Shown here: positions 26,811 to 36,221 of the stretch, in pieces | Layout of the letters: every line of letters starts with the position of its first letter | Position numbering within the stretch: the first letter of the stretch is position 1 | NCBI GenBank assembly: GCA_021202495.1 | Contig: JAJQCX010000087.1 | Span: 1-40,727, forward strand | Length of the DNA stretch: 40,727 nucleotides | Direction of reading: 5' to 3' | Source: Clostridia bacterium | GTDB taxonomy: Bacteria; Bacillota; Clostridia; UMGS1883 | Notes under the pieces: model-generated | The model's input: the letters and a program-made list of their open reading frames with translations, nothing else | Told to the model about the DNA's origin: nothing | Databases searched by the model: none | Translations under genes and position numbers: made by a program

Positions 26811-27740
26811 TTAAGCCTCCCTGCACAAAAGATACAAAACCGCCATTCTCACGGCAACGCCGTTTGTGACCTGCCTTGTTATGTACGACTGTTCGCTGTC
26901 CGCAACGCAGCTTGTAAGCTCCACCCCGCGGTTTACGGGACCCGGATGCATTATCAGCGCGCCCGGCTTTGCAAGGCTCAGCCTCTTTTGGTCCATTCCG
27001 TAAAACTCGCTGTATTCGTGTATCGTCGGAAAGAGCGCGCTCTTTTGCCTCTCAAGCTGTATGCGCAAATTCACTATAACGTCGGCGTCAATAACCGCTT
27101 CCTCAACGCTTTTGCAAATCGTCACGTTTCCCGCGTTTTCAAAGCCGCGCGGTATCAGTGTTTCGGGGCCCGCGATAAAGACGCTTGCCCCCAGCTTTGT
27201 CAGCGCAAAGGCGTCGCTTCGCGCCACGCGCGAATGTGTTATATCGCCCACAATCGCGACCTTTAACCCCTCAAAGCCGCCCAAATTTTCTCTTATCGTC
27301 AGCATGTCGAGCAGTGCCTGCGTTGGATGCTCATTCATGCCGTCGCCCGCGTTGACAACGCTCGCCTTCACGTTCTTTGCCAAAAGATGAGGCGCACCCG
27401 CCGCGCTGTGGCGAATGATGATAACGTCGGTGCCCATGCTGTCAATCGTCTTTCCCGTGTCAATCAGCGTTTCGCCTTTTTGCACGCTCGATCCCGACGC
27501 GGTGATGTTCGCGGAAGACGATGACATATATTTGCTCGCCAATTCAAACGACAGCCTTGTCCGCGTGCTGTTCTCGTAAAAAAGCGTCACAACGCTTTTG
27601 CCCTGCAAATGATACGTCTTTTTATCCCCCGACAAAACCTTTTCCTTCATTTCGGCAGCCAAGTCCAATATTTCATATATATCCTCCGCCGAAAGCTCCT
27701 GTATCCCCAAAAGGTCTTTTCGTCCCGGCAGCATATTCAT
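26811..27740 (-). CDS. pyrB: Aspartate carbamoyltransferase catalytic subunit
   Basis: FYENSTRTRLSFE, HPTQALLD, RIQLER and HPGPVNRGVE. Confidence 0.97.
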   Translation of the reverse strand: MNMLPGRKDLLGIQELSAEDIYEILDLAAEMKEKVLSGDKKTYHLQGKSVVTLFYENSTRTRLSFELASKYMSSSSANITASGSSVQKGETLIDTGKTIDSMGTDVIIIRHSAAGAPHLLAKNVKASVVNAGDGMNEHPTQALLDMLTIRENLGGFEGLKVAIVGDITHSRVARSDAFALTKLGASVFIAGPETLIPRGFENAGNVTICKSVEEAVIDADVIVNLRIQLERQKSALFPTIHEYSEFYGMDQKRLSLAKPGALIMHPGPVNRGVELTSCVADSEQSYITRQVTNGVAVRMAVLYLLCREA

Positions 27741-27759
27741 CAATCCTTTCCGTACTAAA

Positions 27760-27824
27760 GTTCAGCCGCTTCGCGGCTGAACACGGGGACAAGCTCCGCT
27801 TTTCCCCGTAAACCTCTTTTCACA
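27760..27824. repeat. 65-bp two-hairpin repeat, copy 1
   Basis: Near-identical to 34059-34123. Confidence 0.9.
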
Positions 27825-27983
27825 TCGCGCGCTTACGCTTACGCCTGCCTACGGCAGGCTACCGCGATAGAAGAGTCAAAAACCAAAGACGCTTTGGTTT
27901 TTGACGATTTTACGCGGGGCATTTCCTCCCCCCGCCGAGACAACGCAGAGCGTTTTCTCGGCGCTCTTTTCAGTGAGTGCCAT

Positions 27984-28913
27984 TCATTTCAAGGCTGAGC
28001 TGTTACTGTTCCGCAAAATCTCCAGCACCCGTGCAAAATCTTCGGGCAAGGGAGCCTCAAAACGCATTTGTTCCTTTGTTCTCGGATGTATAAAGCCTAT
28101 TTTCCCCGCATGGAGCAGCTGCCCCGCAAGGTTAAATTCCTCTTTTTTCACGCCGTATGTCTTGTCGCCCACAATGGGATGACCTATATATTTCATGTGC
28201 ACTCTTATCTGGTGCGTTCTTCCCGTCCGCAGCTTGCAGCGCACGAGAGTGTATTTTCCAAACCTCTCCTCGACGAAAAAGTCCGTCACCGCATCACGCG
28301 CGTTTTTGTCCGTCACGCACATCTTTTTTCTGTCCGCATTATCGCGCCCTATCGACGCTTCAACCTTACCCTCGTCTTCTTTTATGTTTCCATGCACGAG
28401 CGCAAAATATTCTCTCGAAAGTGTGCGGTCGGAAAGCTGCGCCGAGAGCGCCGCGTGCGCCTCGTTCGTCTTTGCCACACACAAAAGCCCCGTCGTATCC
28501 TTGTCAATTCGGTGCACTATCCCCGGTCGCAGCGCCCCGTTTATCCCCGAAAGGTGCCCCTTCGCGTGAAAAAGCACCGCGTTTACAAGCGTTCCCGTTT
28601 CGCTTCCCGGTGCGGGATGCACCACCATCCCGCGCGGCTTATTTATCACCATCACATCGTCGTCCTCATAGACGATGTCAAGCGGTATGTCCTCCGGCTT
28701 TGCCTCAATTTCTTGGGGCTCCGGCATTTCAAATTCTATAACGTCGCCCGGTTTTAATTTATAAGAAGCGTTTTTTGCCTTTCCGTTGACAAATATCTTT
28801 CCCTCGTCAAAAAGCCGCTTTACATATGAGCGCGAAACGCCCTCTACATTTTCGGCGATGTATTTGTCGCAGCGCTCACAGCTTTCAGCTGTGAGTCTCA
28901 CCGCGTCACTCAT
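27984..28913 (-). CDS. rluD: RluA-family 23S rRNA pseudouridine synthase
   Basis: S4-like N-terminus, INKPRGMVVHPAPG, GIVHRIDKDTTG and TGRTHQIRVH; follows lspA. Confidence 0.92.
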   Translation of the reverse strand: MSDAVRLTAESCERCDKYIAENVEGVSRSYVKRLFDEGKIFVNGKAKNASYKLKPGDVIEFEMPEPQEIEAKPEDIPLDIVYEDDDVMVINKPRGMVVHPAPGSETGTLVNAVLFHAKGHLSGINGALRPGIVHRIDKDTTGLLCVAKTNEAHAALSAQLSDRTLSREYFALVHGNIKEDEGKVEASIGRDNADRKKMCVTDKNARDAVTDFFVEERFGKYTLVRCKLRTGRTHQIRVHMKYIGHPIVGDKTYGVKKEEFNLAGQLLHAGKIGFIHPRTKEQMRFEAPLPEDFARVLEILRNSNSSALK

Positions 28914-29466
28914 TTTCCGCGCCTTCTTCCGCGCTTTCAACGTCCTTGCTTTCGTCTTCCGCACTTTCAACTTCCGCGCTTTCATCCTCCGATTTTCTCA
29001 AATCGAGCAGCGCGTAGAGCACAACAAGCCCCGCGCCGACGCATATCGCGCAGTCGGCAACGTTAAATACCGGGAAATCCATAAACGCCAAGTCGATAAA
29101 ATCGCGCACATATCCAAAGCGCAGCCTATCCGCCAAATTGCCCGCCGCGCCCGCCAAAATGAGCGCCGCCGCCGCAAATTCAAGCATGCTTTGCGGCTTG
29201 AATTTTTTAAAATACCAAATGACCGCCACAAAAACCGCAAGCGTCAGAACCGTGAACAGAACCCTCTGCCCCTGCATAATGCCAAACGCCGCGCCGGAAT
29301 TTTTAACATAAGTGAAATTCAAAATTCCCTTTATCGCGCTCACGCTTTTGCCCTCATATTGCAGCAGCAAATCCACCGCCGTTTTCGTCGCCCTGTCAAG
29401 TATAAGCACGACAAAAGCCAAAATAACGGCAAAAATATATTTTCCCTTAAGCGATTTTGTTTTCAA
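28906..29466 (-). CDS. lspA: Lipoprotein signal peptidase II with an acidic repeat tail
   Basis: NSGAAFG, GNLADRLRFGYVRDF and FPVFNVAD; probable TTG start at 29466. Confidence 0.93.
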   Translation of the reverse strand: MKTKSLKGKYIFAVILAFVVLILDRATKTAVDLLLQYEGKSVSAIKGILNFTYVKNSGAAFGIMQGQRVLFTVLTLAVFVAVIWYFKKFKPQSMLEFAAAALILAGAAGNLADRLRFGYVRDFIDLAFMDFPVFNVADCAICVGAGLVVLYALLDLRKSEDESAEVESAEDESKDVESAEEGAENE

Positions 29467-29484
29467 AACAGAACCCCCATAGCA

Positions 29485-29517
29485 TTTCGTCACAGGGAAA
29501 AACTCTCTGTGACGAAA
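29485..29517. terminator. Stem-loop between ileS and lspA
   Basis: TTTCGTCACAG(G)GA-aaaac-TC(T)CTGTGACGAAA. Confidence 0.55.
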
Positions 29518-29522
29518 CAAAT

Positions 29523-32282
29523 TTAATCGACTGCTATTCCCATGTTCTTTGCGCACTTTGCGCAGATTGTCGGATGCAGCTCAATCTTTCCGACCGTTTC
29601 CGAAACCGTCCAGCAGCGTTCGCACTTTGCACCTTCAGCCGGATAAACCGAAACCTTGTCCTCGCCCTTTACGACCTCGGCTTTTGAAACGATGAACACT
29701 TCCGCAAGCTCGTCTTCGACGCTCTTTAAGAAATCGTAATCCGCATCCGCTTCAATCACAACCTTTGCCTCAAGGCTCTTTCCTATCTTCTTTTCAGCTC
29801 TCGCTTCCTCAAGAGCTTTAAGCACGTTTTCACGCACGGAGAGCAGCTTATCCCACTTAGCCTCAATCGCGTCGTCGTGATATTTGTCATTCGGCTTTGC
29901 CATGTCGTTCATAACTGCCGAAAATGCCTTCGCGTCGGCAGTGTGGGGCATATAGCTCCAAATTTCGTCCGCCGTATAGCAGAGAACCGGCGCAATCATG
30001 CGTACAAGCGAATCGAGCACAATGTACATCGCGCTCTGCGCACTTCTTCTCTCCTTCGAGCCTGCCGCCGTCGTGTAAAGTCTGTCCTTTATAATATCAA
30101 GATAAATGTTGCTCATGTCAACAACGCAGAAGTTGTGCAGATTATGATAAATCATGTGGAATTCATAATCCTCATACGCCGAAACAACCTTTTCAACGAC
30201 CTTGTTCAGTCTTATCAGCGCCCACTTGTCAATCTCCTGCATCTCACCATAGTCGACCATGTCAGTCTGCGGGTCAAAATCGGCTATGTTTCCGAGTATA
30301 AACCTCGCCGTGTTTCTTATCTTTCTGTAAGCCTCGGAAAGCTGCTTCAAAATCTCCTCCGAAATTGTCATGTCGGTCTTGTAATCCGCCGAAACAACCC
30401 ACAGTCTCAAAATATCCGCGCCGTAACGCGAAATTATGTCAGCCGGGCTAATGCCGTTGCCCTTCGACTTGCTCATCTTCTGACGCTCTTTGTCGACAAT
30501 CATGCCGTGCGTGATAACAATTTTGTACGGCGCGCAGCCGCGTGCCGCAATGCTCGTCAAAAGCGATGACTGGAACCATCCTCTGTGCTGGTCGTTACCT
30601 TCAAGATAAATATCAGCCGGGAACTGCAGCGACTTTTTCACGTCAAGCACGCCGCTGTGGCTTGAGCCCGAATCGAACCAAACGTCCATGATGTCGGTTT
30701 CTTTTCTGAACTTCGCGCAGCCGCATTTGCACTTTGTCCCTTCGGGCAAAATCTCCTCCGGCGTCTCCGTCCACCATGCGTCCGATCCCTTTTCACCGAA
30801 AAGCTTTGCCACGGAATTTATCGATTCCTCCGTCGCCAGCGGCTCGCCGCACTCCTCGCAGTAGAATATCGGAATGGGCACGCCCCAAGTCCTCTGACGG
30901 GAAATGCACCAGTCGTTGCGGTCGAGCACCATCGACTTAATTCTGTCCTCGCCCCAAGCGGGAATCCATCTCACGCCCTCAATCGCCTTAACCGCTTCCT
31001 CTTTTATGTCCTCAACCGACGCAAACCACTGCTCCGTCGCGCGGAAAACAATCGGCTCATGGCATCTCCAGCAGTGCGGATACTGGTGGATAATCGGGTC
31101 AATCGCGAAAAGCATATTGTCCTTTTTCAGTCTTTCAAGTATCTTCGGGTTACTGTCCGCATAAAACAGCCCCGCAAATTCGCCCGCAAGCTCATTCATA
31201 TAGCCCTTGCTGTCAACCGGCACAACAATAGGAATGTCCTTATATCTCTGGCACGCCACATAGTCCTCAACGCCGTGTCCGGGTGCTGTGTGTACGCAGC
31301 CCGTGCCGGCTTCGAGCGTAACATGGTCGCCCGTTATAACAAGGCTCTTTCTCTCCTCGATAAACGGATGCTGACACTTGATATATTCCAAATCCGCGCC
31401 CTTGCATGCGGCAACGGTCTCATATTCCGTTATTCCGCCCGCCTTCATCGCGCTTTCAACAAGCTCCGTCGCCAAAATGTATATTTCGCCGTTAGCCTTA
31501 ACCAAGCTGTATTCAAAATCCGCATTCACCGCAATCGCCACGTTTGCCGGCAGCGTCCACGTTGTCGTCGTCCAAATAACGAAATATACGTTTTTCGGGT
31601 CAACTCCGAGCTTTGCAAGCTCCCCGTTGTCCTCGCAAACGTTGAATTTTACATAGATAGAATCCGTCTTGTCCTCGGCATATTCAATTTCCGCCTCCGC
31701 GAGCGCTGTTTCGCAGTCGGGGCACCAGTAAATGGGCTTCAATCCGCGGTATATATAGCCCTTCTTCACCATTTCTCCGAATATTTTAATCTGCTTTTCC
31801 TCAAACTTGGGATCGAGCGTAACATAAATATCGTCCCAATCGCCAATCGAGCCGAGCCTTTGTATCTGCTTTTTCTGATTTTCAACATAGCCCAGCGCAA
31901 AGTCGCGGCACGTTTCGCGGAACTTCACAACGCCCACCGCGTCGCGGTTGATGCCCAGCTTCTTTATCGCCTGACGCTCAATCGGAAGCCCGTGAGTGTC
32001 CCATCCGTGTATATACGGCGCTTTATAGCCGCTCATGTTCTTATATCTTGTGATAATGTCCTTGAGGGTCTTATTTAACGCATGCCCCATGTGCATATCG
32101 CCGTTAGCATACGGCGGGCCGTCATGCAGCACAAGCAAGGGCTTGCCCTCGTTTGACTCCATTAGCTTTCCGTACAAGTCCTCGTCAAGCCATTTTTTCA
32201 GGATTTCAGGTTCTCTCTGCGGAAGCGACGCCCTCATCGGGAACTGTGTCTTCGGCAGGTTCAACGTCTGACTGTAATCCAT
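29523..32282 (-). CDS. ileS: Isoleucyl-tRNA synthetase (type 1)
   Basis: TLNLPKTQFPM, HDGPPYANG-HMGH, WTTTTWTLP, WCISRQRTWG, KMSKS and C-terminal Zn finger KCERCW. Confidence 0.98.
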   Translation of the reverse strand: MDYSQTLNLPKTQFPMRASLPQREPEILKKWLDEDLYGKLMESNEGKPLLVLHDGPPYANGDMHMGHALNKTLKDIITRYKNMSGYKAPYIHGWDTHGLPIERQAIKKLGINRDAVGVVKFRETCRDFALGYVENQKKQIQRLGSIGDWDDIYVTLDPKFEEKQIKIFGEMVKKGYIYRGLKPIYWCPDCETALAEAEIEYAEDKTDSIYVKFNVCEDNGELAKLGVDPKNVYFVIWTTTTWTLPANVAIAVNADFEYSLVKANGEIYILATELVESAMKAGGITEYETVAACKGADLEYIKCQHPFIEERKSLVITGDHVTLEAGTGCVHTAPGHGVEDYVACQRYKDIPIVVPVDSKGYMNELAGEFAGLFYADSNPKILERLKKDNMLFAIDPIIHQYPHCWRCHEPIVFRATEQWFASVEDIKEEAVKAIEGVRWIPAWGEDRIKSMVLDRNDWCISRQRTWGVPIPIFYCEECGEPLATEESINSVAKLFGEKGSDAWWTETPEEILPEGTKCKCGCAKFRKETDIMDVWFDSGSSHSGVLDVKKSLQFPADIYLEGNDQHRGWFQSSLLTSIAARGCAPYKIVITHGMIVDKERQKMSKSKGNGISPADIISRYGADILRLWVVSADYKTDMTISEEILKQLSEAYRKIRNTARFILGNIADFDPQTDMVDYGEMQEIDKWALIRLNKVVEKVVSAYEDYEFHMIYHNLHNFCVVDMSNIYLDIIKDRLYTTAAGSKERRSAQSAMYIVLDSLVRMIAPVLCYTADEIWSYMPHTADAKAFSAVMNDMAKPNDKYHDDAIEAKWDKLLSVRENVLKALEEARAEKKIGKSLEAKVVIEADADYDFLKSVEDELAEVFIVSKAEVVKGEDKVSVYPAEGAKCERCWTVSETVGKIELHPTICAKCAKNMGIAVD

Positions 32283-32739
32283 CCTTATCACTCCTCAAAT
32301 TTATTAATTTAGCTGTAAGCTCTTTTTGCACATTTAAAATTGAATCTATCTGTAAACCGTAAGAAAGAATATCTCTCTCGGTCTGTTCCTTCATCCTCAG
32401 TGTCTGCGCCGCGTCGGCTCTTGCCGCCTCGCGTATCAGCGTCGCCTCGTTTTCGGCTCTTTCCAATATGACCTGCGCCTTCTGCTCCGCGCCCTTTGCC
32501 AAATCGTCCGCAGCCTTTTGCGCCACAACAAGCGTCTCGCGCATGGTGTCCTCCATGCTCTTATATTTATTCACCAAATCCTCCAAAACCTCAAGTCTGT
32601 CCTTGAGCTTTATGTTCTCCTTGTAAAGCGCCTCATAGTCGCCTTGAATTACAGGCATCATTTCGTCGATGTCCGCTCTTTTATATCCTCCGATCGATTT
32701 GCGAAACTCAATCTTCTGAATTTCAAGAGGTGTCAGCAT
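32206..32739 (-). CDS. divIVA: DivIVA domain protein
   Basis: MLTPLEIQKIEFRKSIGGY N-terminus, coiled coil, and position ylmH-divIVA-ileS. Confidence 0.9.
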   Translation of the reverse strand: MLTPLEIQKIEFRKSIGGYKRADIDEMMPVIQGDYEALYKENIKLKDRLEVLEDLVNKYKSMEDTMRETLVVAQKAADDLAKGAEQKAQVILERAENEATLIREAARADAAQTLRMKEQTERDILSYGLQIDSILNVQKELTAKLINLRSDKDGLQSDVEPAEDTVPDEGVASAERT

Positions 32740-32766
32740 AAAACAATCAACTCCCTTAGATGTACT

Positions 32767-33537
32767 TCAAATGTACTTCTTTATCGTCACATAAATGCGT
32801 CCCTTTTTCGAAAGACCCGACGTTGACGCAACAATGCCTTTTCCGTGGCGGCGCACCGAAATTATGTCCCCTTCTTTTATTTCCCTGTCGCATTTTACGC
32901 AAAGGCGCTGATTTAAGAAAAACATTTGATTTTCAATCATCTCCGCCGCCTTTGAGCGCGACGTCGAAAGCATCACCGAAACGACGCTGTCGGCTCGAAG
33001 GCTTGCAACCGTCCCCGTCACCTCTTCAAACCGCGCCTCAACGTGAAGCTCACAAGGCTCGGTAATCTCCGAGCGCACACTGACGCCTCCGACCGCGGTA
33101 AGGCTCTGCGCAACATATTTCGCCGTTTTTTCCTCGGCAAATAAAACCGCGTCCTCACCACGCACCAAAATGTCGCCCACACGGCAGCGCTCAATTCCGA
33201 GCGACAAAACGCTGCCCAAAAAATCGGGAGGCTTTAATCTTACAATCCCGCTCCACGTTATCCTCACGGCTTTTATCGGAAAATAAATCTCCTCATCCGC
33301 GACAGATGAAAACGCCAGCATAACACGCGCCGCGCCCTCATAGCCGCCGCCTGCGCTCCGGAATGTTTCACCGATGTACTTTTCGCGGTTTAAAAATTCG
33401 CCGTATTCTCTTTCCGACAAAAACTGCGTGAACATTACTCTGCCGCTCTTTTCCGCGGCGGCAGCCTTGTCAAAAACCTTTTCCAGCGCCTCTCGGTCTT
33501 CCGCCGTCAACGCCGCCAAAAATTTTTCTCTGTCCAT
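32767..33537 (-). CDS. ylmH: YlmH/Sll1252-family S4 RNA-binding protein
   Basis: DFLGSVLSLGIERCRVGDI, VASLRAD and EGDIISVRRHGK. Confidence 0.88.
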   Translation of the reverse strand: MDREKFLAALTAEDREALEKVFDKAAAAEKSGRVMFTQFLSEREYGEFLNREKYIGETFRSAGGGYEGAARVMLAFSSVADEEIYFPIKAVRITWSGIVRLKPPDFLGSVLSLGIERCRVGDILVRGEDAVLFAEEKTAKYVAQSLTAVGGVSVRSEITEPCELHVEARFEEVTGTVASLRADSVVSVMLSTSRSKAAEMIENQMFFLNQRLCVKCDREIKEGDIISVRRHGKGIVASTSGLSKKGRIYVTIKKYI

Positions 33538-34029
33538 TTATATATCCAACGAAAAGTCGTTCGAGCCGTAAAGACTCTCCTTAATGTCGCCGGTAATCTT
33601 CACGCCGTTGGGCGTCACTATAAATATTTCCTTCGACGCTTTTTCCACCGAGCCGTCAAGTGCATACGATGCGCCGCAAACCATGTCAACTACGCGCACG
33701 GCATCGCTGTGGTCAAGCCTTGCAAGGTTAAACACCACAGGGATTCTCTGCTTCATATGATCGACTATCGTCCTTGCGCCCTCAAACGTGTCAAGCTTCA
33801 AAAGGGCAATCTCCTGCGCACCGCCGGAATTAAGCGTCACAACCTTGCCTTTCTTCACTCCCGGAGCCGAAAAATCCTCCGACGTGCGAGTTGTCTGCAC
33901 CGTCTGTGTTGTCTGACGTGTCTTTGTTCGCTTTTCCTCCTTAGGCGTTACCTCTTCCTCTTCGCCTTCATCGTCTTCCAGTGTAAACAGCATGTTCTTA
34001 AATTGTTTCATTGCGTCTGAAAGTGCCAA
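33538..34029 (-). CDS. sepF: Cell division protein SepF
   Basis: PVVFNL...AVRVVDMVCGASYALDG...IFIVTP; downstream of yggS. Confidence 0.9.
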   Translation of the reverse strand: MALSDAMKQFKNMLFTLEDDEGEEEEVTPKEEKRTKTRQTTQTVQTTRTSEDFSAPGVKKGKVVTLNSGGAQEIALLKLDTFEGARTIVDHMKQRIPVVFNLARLDHSDAVRVVDMVCGASYALDGSVEKASKEIFIVTPNGVKITGDIKESLYGSNDFSLDI

Positions 34030-34058
34030 TTTGTTCTCCCCCTATCTTTTTGTATATG

Positions 34059-34123
34059 GTTCGGCGGCTGCGCCGCCGAACACGGGGACAAGCTCCGCTT
34101 TTCCCCGTAAACCTCTTTTCACA
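34059..34123. repeat. 65-bp two-hairpin repeat, copy 2
   Basis: Near-identical to 27760-27824, with compensatory changes in hairpin 1. Confidence 0.9.
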
Positions 34124-34125
34124 GT

Positions 34126-34788
34126 TTAATCGCGCTTCCCGAAAATTGCCGAACCTACCCGAACGTGCGTCGCACCTTCTTCGACGGCAGCGGTATAATC
34201 CCCGCTCATGCCCATCGAAAGAATGTCAAAGCCGTCGTACTCTTCAAACAATTCTCTTGCGCGTCTGAAAATCGGACGCGCCTCGTCGCTATTTTCGCAT
34301 TTGGGAGCCATTGTCATCAGCCCGCGCACCCGCACGTGCCCCAACTCCCCTATCTTATTCATTATATCGGGTATTTCCTCAATTGTCAAACCATATTTGC
34401 TTTTTTCTCCCGATATATTTATTTCAAGCAGCACATTTTGCACAATATTTTGCATTGCGGTGCGTCTTTCCGTTTCGCTCAAAAGCTCCCACGAATCGAT
34501 AGAATGAATGAGCTCGGTTTTCCCCGCAATGTATTTCACCTTGTTTTTCTGCAAATGACCTATCAAGTGCCACCTTGCGCCCTTGACCTTCTCCATCTTG
34601 TCGACCATTTCCTGCACTCTGTTTTCGCCCAATATCACGCAGCCCGCGTCAACCGCCTCCCGCACTCTTTCGGGCGGCATCGTCTTTGAAACGGCAATCA
34701 GCGTCACGTCGTTTTTTCGCCCCGCTCTTTCGCACGCCTTTTCAATATTCTCGCGCACCCGCTCAATATTTTCCGCAATTTCGCTCAT
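34126..34788 (-). CDS. yggS: PLP homeostasis protein (YggS/YlmE)
   Basis: LIAVSKT, GENRVQE, WHLIGHLQKNK, GLMTM, LSMGMS and VRVGSAIFG. Confidence 0.95.
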   Translation of the reverse strand: MSEIAENIERVRENIEKACERAGRKNDVTLIAVSKTMPPERVREAVDAGCVILGENRVQEMVDKMEKVKGARWHLIGHLQKNKVKYIAGKTELIHSIDSWELLSETERRTAMQNIVQNVLLEINISGEKSKYGLTIEEIPDIMNKIGELGHVRVRGLMTMAPKCENSDEARPIFRRARELFEEYDGFDILSMGMSGDYTAAVEEGATHVRVGSAIFGKRD

Positions 34789-36143
34789 TCCAAAGCCCCC
34801 TTTAAGCAATGCTCATAGTAAAGGTCAAGTATCGCTCCCGCGCTTTCTTCCTTCTCCGCGTCGGTCACGTCAAGCGCGGCGTCGCAGTTTTGATAAAACG
34901 GCTCTCTTTCCTCCAAAAGCTTTGCCGCCTCCTCCTTCGTCTTTCCCGAAAGAAGCGGGCGAGAGTCGGTATTGTCTCCGATGTTTTTGTAAACTCTGTC
35001 AATGTCCGCCTTAAGCCTCACAATAAATCCGTTCTGCCGCAAAATATCTATGTTTTCCTTTCGCAGCACGGCTCCGCCGCCAAGCGAAATCACGGCTCCC
35101 TGCTCCTTCGCCGCCCGCTTTATCGTCTCACTCTCAAGGTCGCGGAAATATTTTTCGCCCTTTTCCTTAAATATATCCGTTATCTTCCCATGCTCGCGCT
35201 CTATCACGTCATCCGTGTCGATAAACCGCATGCCGACTCTTGACGCAATCTCGCGCCCGACCGCGCTTTTCCCCGTGCCCATAAAGCCCGTCAGCACGAT
35301 GTTCTTTTTCATCGCCGTCATGGCGTAAAGCGCGTCAACTATAGTTTCGTCAACTTTTTTTCCCGTAAAGCGTTCAAACGCCGCCACCGCCTGATAAATG
35401 AGCATCCCAATCCCGCCGACGCATTTCAGCCCCACCGAGCCCGCCATTTTCAAAAACATCGTCCTTCGCGGACAATACACAATGTCCGCCGCCACGGCGC
35501 TCTTTTTCATTTTTTTAAACACTCTCATGTCGTCAATCGGGCTCAAATCGCTGTTCATGCCGACGCTCGTCGCGTTTATCAGTATGTCCGCATCGTAAAC
35601 GTCCTCAACCCTTTTTGCCTTTTTGGGGTAATATTTGTTTATCCTTTCGCACAGCGCGTCCGCCTTGTCAGCCGTCCTGTTTTTTATCTCAATTTCCTTC
35701 GCGCCCGCCTCCGCCAACGCCATCGCAACGCCCATCGCCGCGCCGCCCGCGCCCAATATAACGCAAGTTTTGCCCTTAACGTCAACTCCCTCGCGCTTAA
35801 GGCTTCGTATAAATCCCTCGCCGTCGGTGTTATAACCTTTAATTTTTCCGTTTTCGTTCACGAGAGTGTTGCACGCGCCCATTCTCTTTGCCGCTCCGTC
35901 AACCTCATCCGCCAATCGGAACGCCTCCGTTTTGTGCGGAATTGTCACGTTCAATCCGCGGATATTCAGCGCCTTCATGCCGCGCAGCGCATTTTCCATC
36001 TCGCCCTTTTCGACCCTGTAGGCGCAGTATGTATAATCAAGCCCCGTCAAACGCGCCATAGTGTTGTGCAAAAGAGGCGACAAGCTGTGCTCCACCGGGC
36101 AGCCCACAACACCCAAGCTCACCGTTTTTCCGTTAATACCCAT
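34785..36143 (-). CDS. aroE: Fused shikimate dehydrogenase (AroE) - shikimate kinase (AroK)
   Basis: N-terminal HSLSP, GLNVTIPHK, NTDGEG, GAGGAA and NATSVG; C-terminal NIVLTGFMGTGKS, GEKYFR, SLGGG and RPLL. Confidence 0.93.
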   Translation of the reverse strand: MGINGKTVSLGVVGCPVEHSLSPLLHNTMARLTGLDYTYCAYRVEKGEMENALRGMKALNIRGLNVTIPHKTEAFRLADEVDGAAKRMGACNTLVNENGKIKGYNTDGEGFIRSLKREGVDVKGKTCVILGAGGAAMGVAMALAEAGAKEIEIKNRTADKADALCERINKYYPKKAKRVEDVYDADILINATSVGMNSDLSPIDDMRVFKKMKKSAVAADIVYCPRRTMFLKMAGSVGLKCVGGIGMLIYQAVAAFERFTGKKVDETIVDALYAMTAMKKNIVLTGFMGTGKSAVGREIASRVGMRFIDTDDVIEREHGKITDIFKEKGEKYFRDLESETIKRAAKEQGAVISLGGGAVLRKENIDILRQNGFIVRLKADIDRVYKNIGDNTDSRPLLSGKTKEEAAKLLEEREPFYQNCDAALDVTDAEKEESAGAILDLYYEHCLKGALE

Positions 36144-36221
36144 ACCTTTTACCCCCTTCGTACCTTTCCGCGCGAGCCGCGCGTCAATTTAAATTTTGCA
36201 CAGCAAAATTCTTCCTCAACT

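Noticed and set aside
27745-27983. PyrR-binding attenuator
   Set aside because: No AGTCCAGAGAGGCT-like binding loop seen on the minus strand
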